A DNA stretch of 64,000 nucleotides from Gemmatimonadaceae bacterium (GTDB taxonomy: Bacteria > Gemmatimonadota > Gemmatimonadetes > Gemmatimonadales > Gemmatimonadaceae), in NCBI GenBank assembly GCA_035997625.1, contig DASYIM010000092.1:51793-115792 (forward strand), written 5' to 3'. Each line of letters starts with the position of its first letter. Within the stretch, counting starts at the first letter, position 1. Positions 44,096 to 54,631 of the stretch are shown in pieces. The position numbers and the translations under genes are program-made. The notes below the pieces were generated by a model. The model saw nothing but the letters and a program-made list of their open reading frames with translations. It searched no databases and had not been told where the DNA came from.

Positions 44096-44837
44096 CGAAG
44101 TCCGGTTCGACGGAGCGACGCACGAACAACTCGAGCGCGCTCTCGACCTCCCGCGTGTCGAGCTGCTGGAAGCCACCACTTCCACTCTTGATGTCGCGCA
44201 TCGACTGGCAAGCCAGGGAGCTCCCTCGGGAACGCTGATCATTGCGAACGAACAATCCGCCGGCCGAGGCAGGGAAGGAAAGCTCTGGCAGTCCTCGCCT
44301 GGCGCGGGGCTGTGGCTCACGCTGATCGAGCGTCCCGCCGATACCTCCGGACTCGGAGTGCTTTCACTGCGAGTGGGATTGGTCGCCGCCGAAGCTCTTG
44401 ATCGTTTCGCGGCCGAGCCGATTAGGCTCAAATGGCCGAATGACCTTTATGTGGACGAGGGAAAACTGGCCGGTATACTCGTCGAGGCGCGTTGGCGGGA
44501 GTCCGCTGTTGAATGGATTGCGATCGGGTTGGGAGTGAACGTTCGGCCGCCAGAGAGCGTTGAATTTGCAGCCGGTCTCGAGCCAGGCACGAACAGACTC
44601 GACGTCCTCGGCGAGCTCATTCCGGGGATTCGGGCAGCGGCGCAGGCGCGAGGACCACTTCGCCCCGAAGAGATGGACGAATTCAACGCGCGTGATCTCG
44701 CGCGGGGCAAGATCTGCGTCCAGCCGGCGCTCGGCACAGTGGCGGGAATCTCGGAGTCGGGCGAGCTGCTGGTGGCGATGGCCGACTCGGTGACTCCATT
44801 TCGATCCGGATCGCTGGTCCTGGAGGACCTTCCATGA
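44088..44837 (+). CDS. birA: Biotin-protein ligase (type I, no HTH); start codon non-canonical or uncertain
   Basis: Frame open from 44079 encodes TTSTLD, EQSAGRGREGKLW, KWPND, KLAGIL, GLGVN; first ATG/GTG/TTG is only at 44358. Confidence 0.85.
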   Translation, partial: AASEVRFDGATHEQLERALDLPRVELLEATTSTLDVAHRLASQGAPSGTLIIANEQSAGRGREGKLWQSSPGAGLWLTLIERPADTSGLGVLSLRVGLVAAEALDRFAAEPIRLKWPNDLYVDEGKLAGILVEARWRESAVEWIAIGLGVNVRPPESVEFAAGLEPGTNRLDVLGELIPGIRAAAQARGPLRPEEMDEFNARDLARGKICVQPALGTVAGISESGELLVAMADSVTPFRSGSLVLEDLP

Positions 44838-45604
44838 TCGTGGTGTTCGACGTGGGGAATTCCGAGATTACCATTGGCGTTTTCGATGGCGAAGATCTCA
44901 TTTCGCATTGGAGACTCACCACGGCGGCCCCGCGCACCGCTGACGAACTGGCGCTGCTGATTCGTTCCATTGTCGGAGATATCGCCACGCCGGGGGGAGC
45001 CGAGGGATCGGCCATTTGCTCGGTGGTGCCAGCCATTACGCCGATGCTGGCCGAGGCTTGCGAGATGTGCTTCGGCGCCAAGCCGATCATGGTCGACGCG
45101 CGAGCAAAACTGCCGATCAAGCTCGATGTCGAAGAGCCATTCACGGTCGGGGCCGACAGGGTGGCAAATACTCTTGCGGCGAGCCGGATCCACAAGCGCG
45201 ATGCGATCGTCGTCGATATGGGAACGGCGACGACCTACGATTGCATCACTGCCGACGGCACTTTCCTCGGCGGGGTCATTCAGCCCGGCATCATGATCTC
45301 AGCCGACACGTTGTTCCGCCGCACGGCGCAGCTGCCCGCAACCGACATCGTGCCTCCCCGGCGAGTGATTGCCCGCCGGACGGACGAGTGCATCCGGGCG
45401 GGCGTCCTTTTTGGCGCGGTGGACTCGATCGATGGCATCGTTCGCCGAATCAAAAAGGAGTGGCCGGGGAAAACGGTCCCGCTGGTTATCGCGACCGGAG
45501 GAATGGCCGAGACCATCCGGCCCCATTCGGCGGAGCTCGAGCTGGTCGATTCTTTCCTCACCCTCAAAGGCATCCGCCTGGGTTACGAGCTACTAAGTCG
45601 CTGA
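44834..45604 (+). CDS. coaX: Type III pantothenate kinase
   Basis: DVGNS, GADR, DMGTATT, GGVI.PG, ATGG. Confidence 0.95.
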   Translation: MIVVFDVGNSEITIGVFDGEDLISHWRLTTAAPRTADELALLIRSIVGDIATPGGAEGSAICSVVPAITPMLAEACEMCFGAKPIMVDARAKLPIKLDVEEPFTVGADRVANTLAASRIHKRDAIVVDMGTATTYDCITADGTFLGGVIQPGIMISADTLFRRTAQLPATDIVPPRRVIARRTDECIRAGVLFGAVDSIDGIVRRIKKEWPGKTVPLVIATGGMAETIRPHSAELELVDSFLTLKGIRLGYELLSR

Positions 45605-45640
45605 CCGGTCACAGATCGGTTACAGCCGAGTGATTCCGGG

Positions 45641-45670
45641 TTGACTCCTGGGGCAAAGGACCGTTAAGTT
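45641..45670 (+). promoter_or_regulatory. groESL promoter TTGACT-N18-TAAGTT
   Basis: Directly upstream of the CIRCE element. Confidence 0.65.
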
Positions 45671-45676
45671 GTGTGG

Positions 45677-45703
45677 TTAGCACTCACCACTGTTGAGTGC
45701 TAA
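45677..45703. promoter_or_regulatory. CIRCE element (HrcA operator)
   Basis: Perfect TTAGCACTC-N9-GAGTGCTAA. Confidence 0.97.
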
Positions 45704-45753
45704 CAGCAGAGCCCCCATAACAGCCACTTAATCCACCAGAAGGGCAGCTAACT

Positions 45754-47722
<1,969 letters not shown>

Positions 47723-47725
47723 AGG

Positions 47726-47760
47726 GGCGGCTCGGGGCTGGCGGCTAACGGCTGACGGCT
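47726..47760 (+). repeat. Heptamer tandem repeat (NNNGGCT) x5
   Basis: GGCGGCT CGGGGCT GGCGGCT AACGGCT GACGGCT. Confidence 0.7.
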
Positions 47761-47804
47761 CGTGCTATAAGCCACGAGACGCGAGTATCGTGGCGTCTCA
47801 ATAG

Positions 47805-47840
47805 AAAATGGGAGTTGCCAGTGGCAGCTCCCATTTTTTT
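47805..47840 (+). terminator. groESL intrinsic terminator
   Basis: AAAATGGGAGTTGCC-AGT-GGCAGCTCCCATTTTTTT. Confidence 0.92.
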
Positions 47841-47918
47841 CTATTGTGCCACCCCCAAAACCCGGTCGAGCCAGTAAAGACCGGAGCTCACGGCCCTTGG
47901 GCTGCTCGAAAGCCTCCC

Positions 47919-47947
47919 TTGACGCCGCGGCCGGTGTCTGATATCAT
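47919..47947 (+). promoter_or_regulatory. met operon promoter TTGACG-N17-TATCAT
   Basis: Near-consensus sigma70 boxes about 18 nt before the aptamer. Confidence 0.75.
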
Positions 47948-47964
47948 CCCAAAACAATCGAAGT

Positions 47965-48018
47965 CCCTGTGGTCATTTGCCGCGTATTGCAGCCACGTTA
48001 AATAAATGCTAAAAAGCG
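47965..48018 (+). ncRNA. SAM-II riboswitch aptamer
   Basis: GTGGT-CATTT-GCCGCGTA-TTGC-AGCCAC-GTTAAAT-AAATG-CTAAAA fits the SAM-II H-type pseudoknot; lies upstream of met genes. Confidence 0.85.
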
Positions 48019-48020
48019 AG

Positions 48021-48060
48021 GAACGCCCGCGGCCTCACAGCCACGGGCGTTCTGCTTTAT
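48021..48060 (+). terminator. Leader terminator (riboswitch expression platform)
   Basis: GAACGCCCG-CGGC..GCCA-CGGGCGTTC then TGCTTTAT. Confidence 0.65.
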
Positions 48061-48087
48061 GCGCGGAGTCTTTCACGAGGATTTCTC

Positions 48088-49413
48088 ATGACTCCCCTGC
48101 AACAGATCGAAAAGGCGCCGAGCCCGAGCGGGCTCCAGTTTCCCACTCCGGCGCACACCCGGAACAATCAAAAGACCATTCGCGTCGCGCTCGCGGGCTG
48201 CGGCGTGGTCGGCGGCGGGCTCGTCCGGCTTCTGAGCGAATCCGCGCCGGCGATCGCGTCGCGGTACGGCGTACGGTTCGTGATCACGCGGGTCCTTGTG
48301 CGCGACACTGGGCGCGACCGGAATCTGCCGATCGATTCACACCTCTTCACCAACGACCTGAATTCGTTTCTCGCCAACGACGCCGATGTCGTGATTGAAG
48401 CCGTCGGCGGAGAAGAGCCGGCGCGCACGATTGCTATCAGCGCGCTGGCGCGCGGGCGAAAATTGATCACCGCCAACAAGGAGCTGATCTCCGCACACGC
48501 CGAGACGCTCCAGGAGCTGGCCACCCTGAACCGCACGGGCCTCGACTTCGGCGCCGCTGTTGGTGGCAGCGCACCGGTAATCTCTACACTGCGCGATCTC
48601 GTCGGCGCATCGGCTCCGCTCTCCGTTCGCGGCATTCTCAATGGCACGTCGAACTTTGTCATTTCCGAGATCGAGCACGGCTCCACGCTCGAAGCCGCCT
48701 TATCAGAAGCGCGCGAGCGCGGTCTCGCCGAAGCCGACTGCGCTCGCGATCTGGACGGCAGCGATGCCGCCGCCAAGCTGTCGATCATCGCCTGGATTGC
48801 TTTCGGCGTAAGACCGACCGACCTGAACGTGCGCCGAGTCTCGCTCATTCCCGGCCTCGAGACACTTGTTCGATTGGCTGCCGGCGCCGGCGGCCGGCTA
48901 CGATTGCTGGGAGAGTGTAGCCAGCTCGATGGCCATCGTATCACCGCAGCCGTCGAGCCGGTCATCGTTTCGCACACCAGCACATTCGGCCGCACCCGAC
49001 GGGAAGAGAACCGCGTCGAGGTCGATCTCGGCTGGAGCTCTCCTCTCAGCGTATCGGGGCCGGGAGCGGGCGGAGCGCCGACGGCCGCCGCGTTGTTGAG
49101 CGACCTGGTGAGATTCACATCGCCTCCCAACGATCGCGGTAGGGAGGCAGCGCGATTCGTGTCAGTGTCCGATTGGCGCGGTCATCGCTGGCTTGTTGGA
49201 GCCCGGGTCCAACCCGACGTCCTGACGGCGCTGGCCACCGCGGCGCGTCTCACCGCGGCCGATGCGTCTGTGAGCGACGGTGTCGCGTGGCTCGTCACCG
49301 ACCCCGCTAACCGGGAATGCGCCCAGAGGCTGGTGAATGCCCTGCACAAGCTTGGGGCAGAGCCGCTCATTGCCCGCTACGAAATCGCGCAGAAAGAGGG
49401 GTGGGACTCATGA
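48088..49413 (+). CDS. hom: Homoserine dehydrogenase
   Basis: GCGVVG, TANK, GILNGTSN, AEAD...DLDG.DAAAK, GPGAG. Confidence 0.9.
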   Translation: MTPLQQIEKAPSPSGLQFPTPAHTRNNQKTIRVALAGCGVVGGGLVRLLSESAPAIASRYGVRFVITRVLVRDTGRDRNLPIDSHLFTNDLNSFLANDADVVIEAVGGEEPARTIAISALARGRKLITANKELISAHAETLQELATLNRTGLDFGAAVGGSAPVISTLRDLVGASAPLSVRGILNGTSNFVISEIEHGSTLEAALSEARERGLAEADCARDLDGSDAAAKLSIIAWIAFGVRPTDLNVRRVSLIPGLETLVRLAAGAGGRLRLLGECSQLDGHRITAAVEPVIVSHTSTFGRTRREENRVEVDLGWSSPLSVSGPGAGGAPTAAALLSDLVRFTSPPNDRGREAARFVSVSDWRGHRWLVGARVQPDVLTALATAARLTAADASVSDGVAWLVTDPANRECAQRLVNALHKLGAEPLIARYEIAQKEGWDS

Positions 49414-50414
49414 CCGCCCCGACTCTCTTCAGCGCAGCCACCGGTTCGAAGCGCATTGGTGTCGAGCAGGAGCTCCGCGCCCGGTGCTGCGTCACTGGTG
49501 ATGCACCGCTGGAGAACAGCTTTGTTCCTTACGAGATCAACGGCGCCGCGGGAGCCCCGGTGGTGGCGGTACTGGGCGGAATATCGGCCTCCAGGCACGT
49601 TGGTTCGTCGGCGTCGGATTTGCGCGCGGGTTGGTGGGAAGACGTCGTCGGAAACGGCCGCGCAATCGATACGACCAAACTGCGGGTCATCTCCATCGAC
49701 TACCTCAGTCGCTCTCCGGAAAAGCCGCCGGTGACGACCGAAGACCAGGCTCGTGCCCTGGCGGCTGCGCTCGATCACGCGGAAATAGATCGGCTTCACG
49801 CCATCGTCGGCGCGTCTTACGGGGGGATGGTCGCACTCGCGTTCGCCGCGGCGTTTCCGCGCCGGGCCGGCAGGGTGATCGCGATCAGCGCCGCCCACGA
49901 GAGCGATCCAATGTCGACCGCGCTTCGGCACCTCCAGCGCCGAGTAGTGGAGTTGGGGGCAAGCCTGGGCCGGGAGCGAGACGCGCTCTCGATTGCTCGC
50001 GGCATCGCCATCACCAGCTATTTGACGCCGGCGTATTTCGAGGAGCGGGTGAACGTCGACGGAGAATACGACGCTCGGTCCGCCGAAGATCGAATCGGAC
50101 GGTATCTGAAGACAACCGGAGAAAAATTCGCCGATACATGGACCTCGGACCGATACAACTCGCTCTCGCTCTCGCTCGATTTGCACTCGGTGCAACCTGA
50201 GCGGATCACCGTGCCGACCACCGTGATCGCCGTCAGCAGCGACAGGCTGGTGCCGATCGCCCAGTCACGCGAGCTGGCGAGAAGACTGAGCGGACCGAGC
50301 CAGTTGATCGAGCTGGATTCTCCAGTCGGTCACGACGCCTTCCTCGGCGACTGGCGGCGGGTCGCACCGTTCATCACAGAGCTTCTTCAGTTGAACGCGG
50401 AGGCGATCTCATGA
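49410..50414 (+). CDS. metX: Homoserine O-acyl(succinyl)transferase, MetX alpha/beta-hydrolase type
   Basis: GGISA.RH, GASYGGM nucleophile elbow, GHDAFL. Confidence 0.85.
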   Translation: MTAPTLFSAATGSKRIGVEQELRARCCVTGDAPLENSFVPYEINGAAGAPVVAVLGGISASRHVGSSASDLRAGWWEDVVGNGRAIDTTKLRVISIDYLSRSPEKPPVTTEDQARALAAALDHAEIDRLHAIVGASYGGMVALAFAAAFPRRAGRVIAISAAHESDPMSTALRHLQRRVVELGASLGRERDALSIARGIAITSYLTPAYFEERVNVDGEYDARSAEDRIGRYLKTTGEKFADTWTSDRYNSLSLSLDLHSVQPERITVPTTVIAVSSDRLVPIAQSRELARRLSGPSQLIELDSPVGHDAFLGDWRRVAPFITELLQLNAEAIS

Positions 50415-51664
50415 GCAGAAACGCGAAAGGCCCGGCGACGCGATCGCGCAAACCCGCGACGTGCGCCGTCCGCACTGGAATAGCCGAAGACCTGCATCAC
50501 GGTGCGGTGGTCCCACCGATTCATCTGAGCTCGACGTTTGCGTTCGATGGTTTTGGGAAAAAGGGTTTGTACGACTACACCCGCACGGGAAATCCGACGC
50601 GTGACTATCTGGCGAGCGCGCTCGCCGATCTCGAGGGCGGAAAGGGTGCGGTCGTTACCAGCACCGGCATGTCAGCCGTAGCCCTCGTACTGCAGCTGCT
50701 CCGTCCCGGCGATCTCGTGCTGTCTGCGCACGATTGTTACGGGGGCACTCATCGACTTCTGCGGTCCCTCGCTGCGCGCGGTCATTTCGGTGTAGAGTTC
50801 GTGGATTTGACACAGGCGAAAGCCGCGGCCGTCGTGGCGGCGAAGCGCCCACGATTGCTCTGGATCGAAACGCCCAGCAACCCCTTGCTCAGAATCACCG
50901 ATCTCTCGTCGGTCATCTCTGCTGGGCACGATGCTGGAGCGACGGTCTGCGTCGACAACACTTTTCTCTCGCCTGCTTTGCAAAGGCCGATCGAGTTCGG
51001 CGCCGACCTCGTGGTTCACTCGACCACCAAGTACCTGAATGGACACAGTGACGTCGTGGGAGGGGCGGTGGTGGCGGCCGATACATCGCTGGCTGAAGAG
51101 CTGGCGTGGTGGGCCAACTGCCTCGGCATTACCGGCGCGCCTTTCGACAGCTTTCTGACGTTGCGCGGAATACGCACTCTGCACCCGAGAATTCGCGCAC
51201 ACTGCGAGAACGCGGCGCGGGTGGTCGATGTGCTTTCCAATCACCAGCAGGTTGAAAGGGTCTATTATCCGGGTCTGAGTGATCACCCGGGACACGCAGT
51301 CGCTGCGCTTCAGCAATACGGTTTCGGAGCAATGGTGAGCTTTGAGATCAGAGGCGGCCTCACGGCAATCGAGAGATTGATCGACTCTCTGGAGTGCTTT
51401 ACTCTGGCCGAGTCGCTCGGCGGGGTGGAGAGCCTGATCGCACACCCGGCGACGATGACCCATGCGTCGATGGATGACGAGGCCCGGGCGACAGCAGGAA
51501 TTTCGAGCTCGCTGCTCAGAGTCTCAGTCGGAATCGAGGACGGTGACGATCTCGTCGCTGACCTCATCGGCGCACTCGACGTGACCGCCGTTGGTTCGGA
51601 CAGTGGCGCCGCCGAGCCGAATGAAGCTGAAGAAACCGAGAGCATCGAAGCCGCTGTCCGTTAG
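50411..51664 (+). CDS. metB: Cystathionine gamma-synthase
   Basis: YTRTGNPTR, ETPSNP, DNTF, HSTTKYLNGHSDV, LAESLGGVESL. Confidence 0.93.
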   Translation: MSRNAKGPATRSRKPATCAVRTGIAEDLHHGAVVPPIHLSSTFAFDGFGKKGLYDYTRTGNPTRDYLASALADLEGGKGAVVTSTGMSAVALVLQLLRPGDLVLSAHDCYGGTHRLLRSLAARGHFGVEFVDLTQAKAAAVVAAKRPRLLWIETPSNPLLRITDLSSVISAGHDAGATVCVDNTFLSPALQRPIEFGADLVVHSTTKYLNGHSDVVGGAVVAADTSLAEELAWWANCLGITGAPFDSFLTLRGIRTLHPRIRAHCENAARVVDVLSNHQQVERVYYPGLSDHPGHAVAALQQYGFGAMVSFEIRGGLTAIERLIDSLECFTLAESLGGVESLIAHPATMTHASMDDEARATAGISSSLLRVSVGIEDGDDLVADLIGALDVTAVGSDSGAAEPNEAEETESIEAAVR

Positions 51665-51743
51665 GTGTTGCAACACCGTGTGCGGCGATACAGTATCAGA
51701 GGGCTCGCGGCAACCCTCACGCTCCAACAGCAAGGAAACTCCA

Positions 51744-52931
51744 ATGTCAGCCAGGACCGCGTCATTCGCGTTAGCATTTCTCGCCGCCGTTCCTCTGGCC
51801 GCTCAGACGGCGTCGCCTGCATACATCGTCACCCGGCTCGGCAACGACACCGTAGCGGTCGAGCGCTTCACTCGGTCGACCAACAAGCTCGAGGGAGATC
51901 TGCTGCTGAAATATCCTCGAGTCCGGACGATTCACTACATCGCCGACCTCGGCTCGAACGGCGAGATCAAGTCCCTCACGACAGCGGTGCGTCGGCCGGG
52001 CGCAGATCCCAATGGACCGCCGGTGATTCAGAGTGTGACGCGTTTCGGCGACACCGTCGCGGTGATAGAGGTCCAGCGCAACGGGCAGCCCGATACGTCG
52101 GTGAGCGGCAAGAAATCGTATCGCGGAGGCGTCGCACCGATGATCGGCGTCGAGCCGACGTCTTATGGTATCTACGAGCAGCTCCTTTCGTCAGCGAAGC
52201 TGGGACGGGACACCGTAGCGTACACGCTGATCGCTCCCGGCGCCGGACCCACTCCGGCGATCATCCTGCGTCGACGGGGCGCGGATTCGGTGGCGTTCAC
52301 CAGCACATTCTTTCCCGGCTGGACGGAAGTCGCCCGAGTGGACTCGCGCGGCAACATCCTCGGCATCGATGCCAGCGCGACTACGGTGAAGACTGTGGCG
52401 CAGCGCGTCCCGAATCTCGATTTCGACAACGTCGTGAAGTCGTGGGCGGCAACCGAGGTCGCCCATGGGGGCGCGATGGGCCAAATGTCGCCGCCGGATA
52501 CCACGAAGGAAACGATTGGCGGAGCAAACGTCGTGGTTGCCTACAGCCGGCCACTCAAGCGCGGGCGCGTGATTTTCGGAAACATCGTCCCGTGGAACCA
52601 GGTTTGGCGGACGGGCGCGAATGCGGCGACGGTCTTCAGCACAGACAAGGATCTGGCTTTCGGATCGACAGTCGTTCCCGCCGGCAAGTACACACTCTGG
52701 ACGGTCCCCACACCGACAGGCGCCAAGCTGATTTTCAACAGTGAGACAGGGCAGTGGGGAACCGACTATCACGCCGACAAGGATTTTGTGCGCGTCGATC
52801 TCGCCGGCAAACAGATCAGTCCTGCGGTGGAGCAGTTCGTCATCGGTGTTGCACCGCGTGGTCCCGGCGGGATCATCACTTTCACCTGGGACGATCGGCA
52901 GTACAGTGCGCCCTTTACCGTCAAGCAGTAG
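51744..52931 (+). CDS. DUF2911 domain secreted protein
   Basis: YSRP.KRGR.IFG..VPW..VWRTGAN; signal peptide; SD AAGGA. Confidence 0.88.
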   Translation: MSARTASFALAFLAAVPLAAQTASPAYIVTRLGNDTVAVERFTRSTNKLEGDLLLKYPRVRTIHYIADLGSNGEIKSLTTAVRRPGADPNGPPVIQSVTRFGDTVAVIEVQRNGQPDTSVSGKKSYRGGVAPMIGVEPTSYGIYEQLLSSAKLGRDTVAYTLIAPGAGPTPAIILRRRGADSVAFTSTFFPGWTEVARVDSRGNILGIDASATTVKTVAQRVPNLDFDNVVKSWAATEVAHGGAMGQMSPPDTTKETIGGANVVVAYSRPLKRGRVIFGNIVPWNQVWRTGANAATVFSTDKDLAFGSTVVPAGKYTLWTVPTPTGAKLIFNSETGQWGTDYHADKDFVRVDLAGKQISPAVEQFVIGVAPRGPGGIITFTWDDRQYSAPFTVKQ

Positions 52932-53360
52932 ATGACGGCGCCCGCGGTTGTCGCGCGCCGGGATCATTGGGTGCGCGCGATCGGCTATGGGTTGCTCGCT
53001 GAAATCGCCACGATCCTGACAATTGTTGTCGCGGTGTTGCTGCACCACTACGTGTTCCGGAGAGGCCTTTCTGACGCGGAATACGCCGCATTCGGCGCGC
53101 AGGCCGGTGCCGTACTCGGCGTCCTGGCTGGAACGATTTACGTATATGTGTTCGCCAACCTTGCCATGCCAAGGCTGGTGGCGCATCACGTTGCTCACGG
53201 GGTCGTGGTGGCGATCGCGGCCATCGCTCTTTCCGTTGGCGGATCGCTGGCCGGTCACCAAGGAGTGCCGCGGGCCTACATACTCGCGTCGCTGCTTAAA
53301 CTCGGTGCCGGATCGCTGGCGGGTTTCCGGGCCTCGAAGCGGGGCCCGATAGCCGTGTAG
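52932..53360 (+). CDS. Small multi-pass membrane protein
   Basis: About four hydrophobic segments; abuts the upstream gene. Confidence 0.7.
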   Translation: MTAPAVVARRDHWVRAIGYGLLAEIATILTIVVAVLLHHYVFRRGLSDAEYAAFGAQAGAVLGVLAGTIYVYVFANLAMPRLVAHHVAHGVVVAIAAIALSVGGSLAGHQGVPRAYILASLLKLGAGSLAGFRASKRGPIAV

Positions 53361-53377
53361 CAGTGGGTATTGGATGC

Positions 53378-53411
53378 AAAAAAGGGCCGACTTACCGTCG
53401 GCCCTTTTTTT
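53378..53411. terminator. Bidirectional intrinsic terminator
   Basis: AAAAAAGGGCCGAC-TTACC-GTCGGCCCTTTTTT. Confidence 0.92.
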
Positions 53412-53421
53412 CTCCGATACA

Positions 53422-54084
53422 TCAGTCGACAACTGTCAGAGAGATCGGATTGTCGAGATAGACGACTTTCTCCTCGCGCCGCGAGTGCAGAATCCGCCAG
53501 AACCAGTTCTCTTCGTGGGGCTCACCGCCGTGCTCCATGATCACCTTGGCGAGGTCGGCCACTTCGTCCGGATCCATGCGCAGGCACCCGTGAGACGCTG
53601 CTTCGCCGAGACTTCCGACCGCGTCGGTGCCGTGAATGTAGTAGTCGGGCTCGCGAAAGAAGATCTTCACGACCTTCATCGGATTCCCGGGATCACCCGG
53701 GCCCTTGGCGGACTTCCCCTTCGCCCAGGCAGCGCCCGGCGGTGGTTTCCAGCTGGGGTTCCAGACGATTTTCCTGATGGTATACGTGCCGGGCGGGGTG
53801 GGGTAGCGGTCCTGGCCAACCGCGACACTGTAGGTCTGGACTGTGGTCTCTCCGCGCTTGACGAACAGCATTCGAGAGCTGAGATCCGCGCGGAGGGTCA
53901 AAGGCCCTTCGTCGCGAGGCTCCGTGACTGCCTTTGTGACCGTGGCCTCAGCGGGCTGGGCGGAAGTGTCCCTGCCGACAGTGGGCGCAGTTCGTGGGAT
54001 CTCCAGCTGCGCGCACGCTGTCTCGACAGCGACGGTCGCCGTCATAAGTGCGAAGAGTGTTAAAGTCTTACGTGATATGATCAT
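53422..54084 (-). CDS. L,D-transpeptidase (YkuD family)
   Basis: TPPG, NPSW.PP, IHGT...SHGCLRM. Confidence 0.92.
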   Translation of the reverse strand: MIISRKTLTLFALMTATVAVETACAQLEIPRTAPTVGRDTSAQPAEATVTKAVTEPRDEGPLTLRADLSSRMLFVKRGETTVQTYSVAVGQDRYPTPPGTYTIRKIVWNPSWKPPPGAAWAKGKSAKGPGDPGNPMKVVKIFFREPDYYIHGTDAVGSLGEAASHGCLRMDPDEVADLAKVIMEHGGEPHEENWFWRILHSRREEKVVYLDNPISLTVVD

Positions 54085-54269
54085 CTGGCCGGTTGGCTCG
54101 CGTTGGTTGGTGGTTATCGTACAGATGATTATTACAAATGCCGTTCCACTGGAACGCGACTCGGACCGCCTAGCCAGCCACTGGCGGTCATTGCATTTTC
54201 CTGATCACTGCTATACGCGATTTGCCGACAAGAGTCAGCCGCGGTCGGCCTGCGTCATCGGAGAAGGCC

Positions 54270-54539
54270 ATGACAACGAGCAAGGAAACGGAGTGGATGA
54301 ATCACCCGCGGCTGCGTAAGCTGGTGATGGCGATCAACGAGCTGACGCTGGCTGAACGGATCACCCTGGTGAAAGGCCTCGTACCCGCCATCGCCGACGA
54401 GCTGTCCGACACCGAGTACGAGCGCTTCGTCGATTCAGTGCGGCAGAAGGGAGCCCGCTTTCACGAAGCGCAGTCCCACCCCGGCGAAGGTAGGGCGCAA
54501 AGAAAAAACCCTGGCGAGCGCGACCTCGAAGGTCGCTGA
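54270..54539 (+). CDS. Small hypothetical protein
   Basis: 89-aa ORF with typical codon usage; GAGAAGG upstream of the ATG. Confidence 0.7.
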   Translation: MTTSKETEWMNHPRLRKLVMAINELTLAERITLVKGLVPAIADELSDTEYERFVDSVRQKGARFHEAQSHPGEGRAQRKNPGERDLEGR

Positions 54540-54542
54540 CGA

Positions 54543-54629
54543 GTGAACTTCTACTGGCTCTTCGGGATTCTGATCGTCGCGGCTCTCCTGTTCGCGATGA
54601 TCGCCGGTAACCGGCGGCCGAAGCCCTGA
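54543..54629 (+). CDS. 28-aa single-pass membrane micropeptide (not in ORF track)
   Basis: GTG-NFYWLFGILIVAALLFAMIAGNRRPKP-TGA; fills the intergenic gap exactly. Confidence 0.6.
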   Translation: MNFYWLFGILIVAALLFAMIAGNRRPKP

Positions 54630-54631
54630 CC

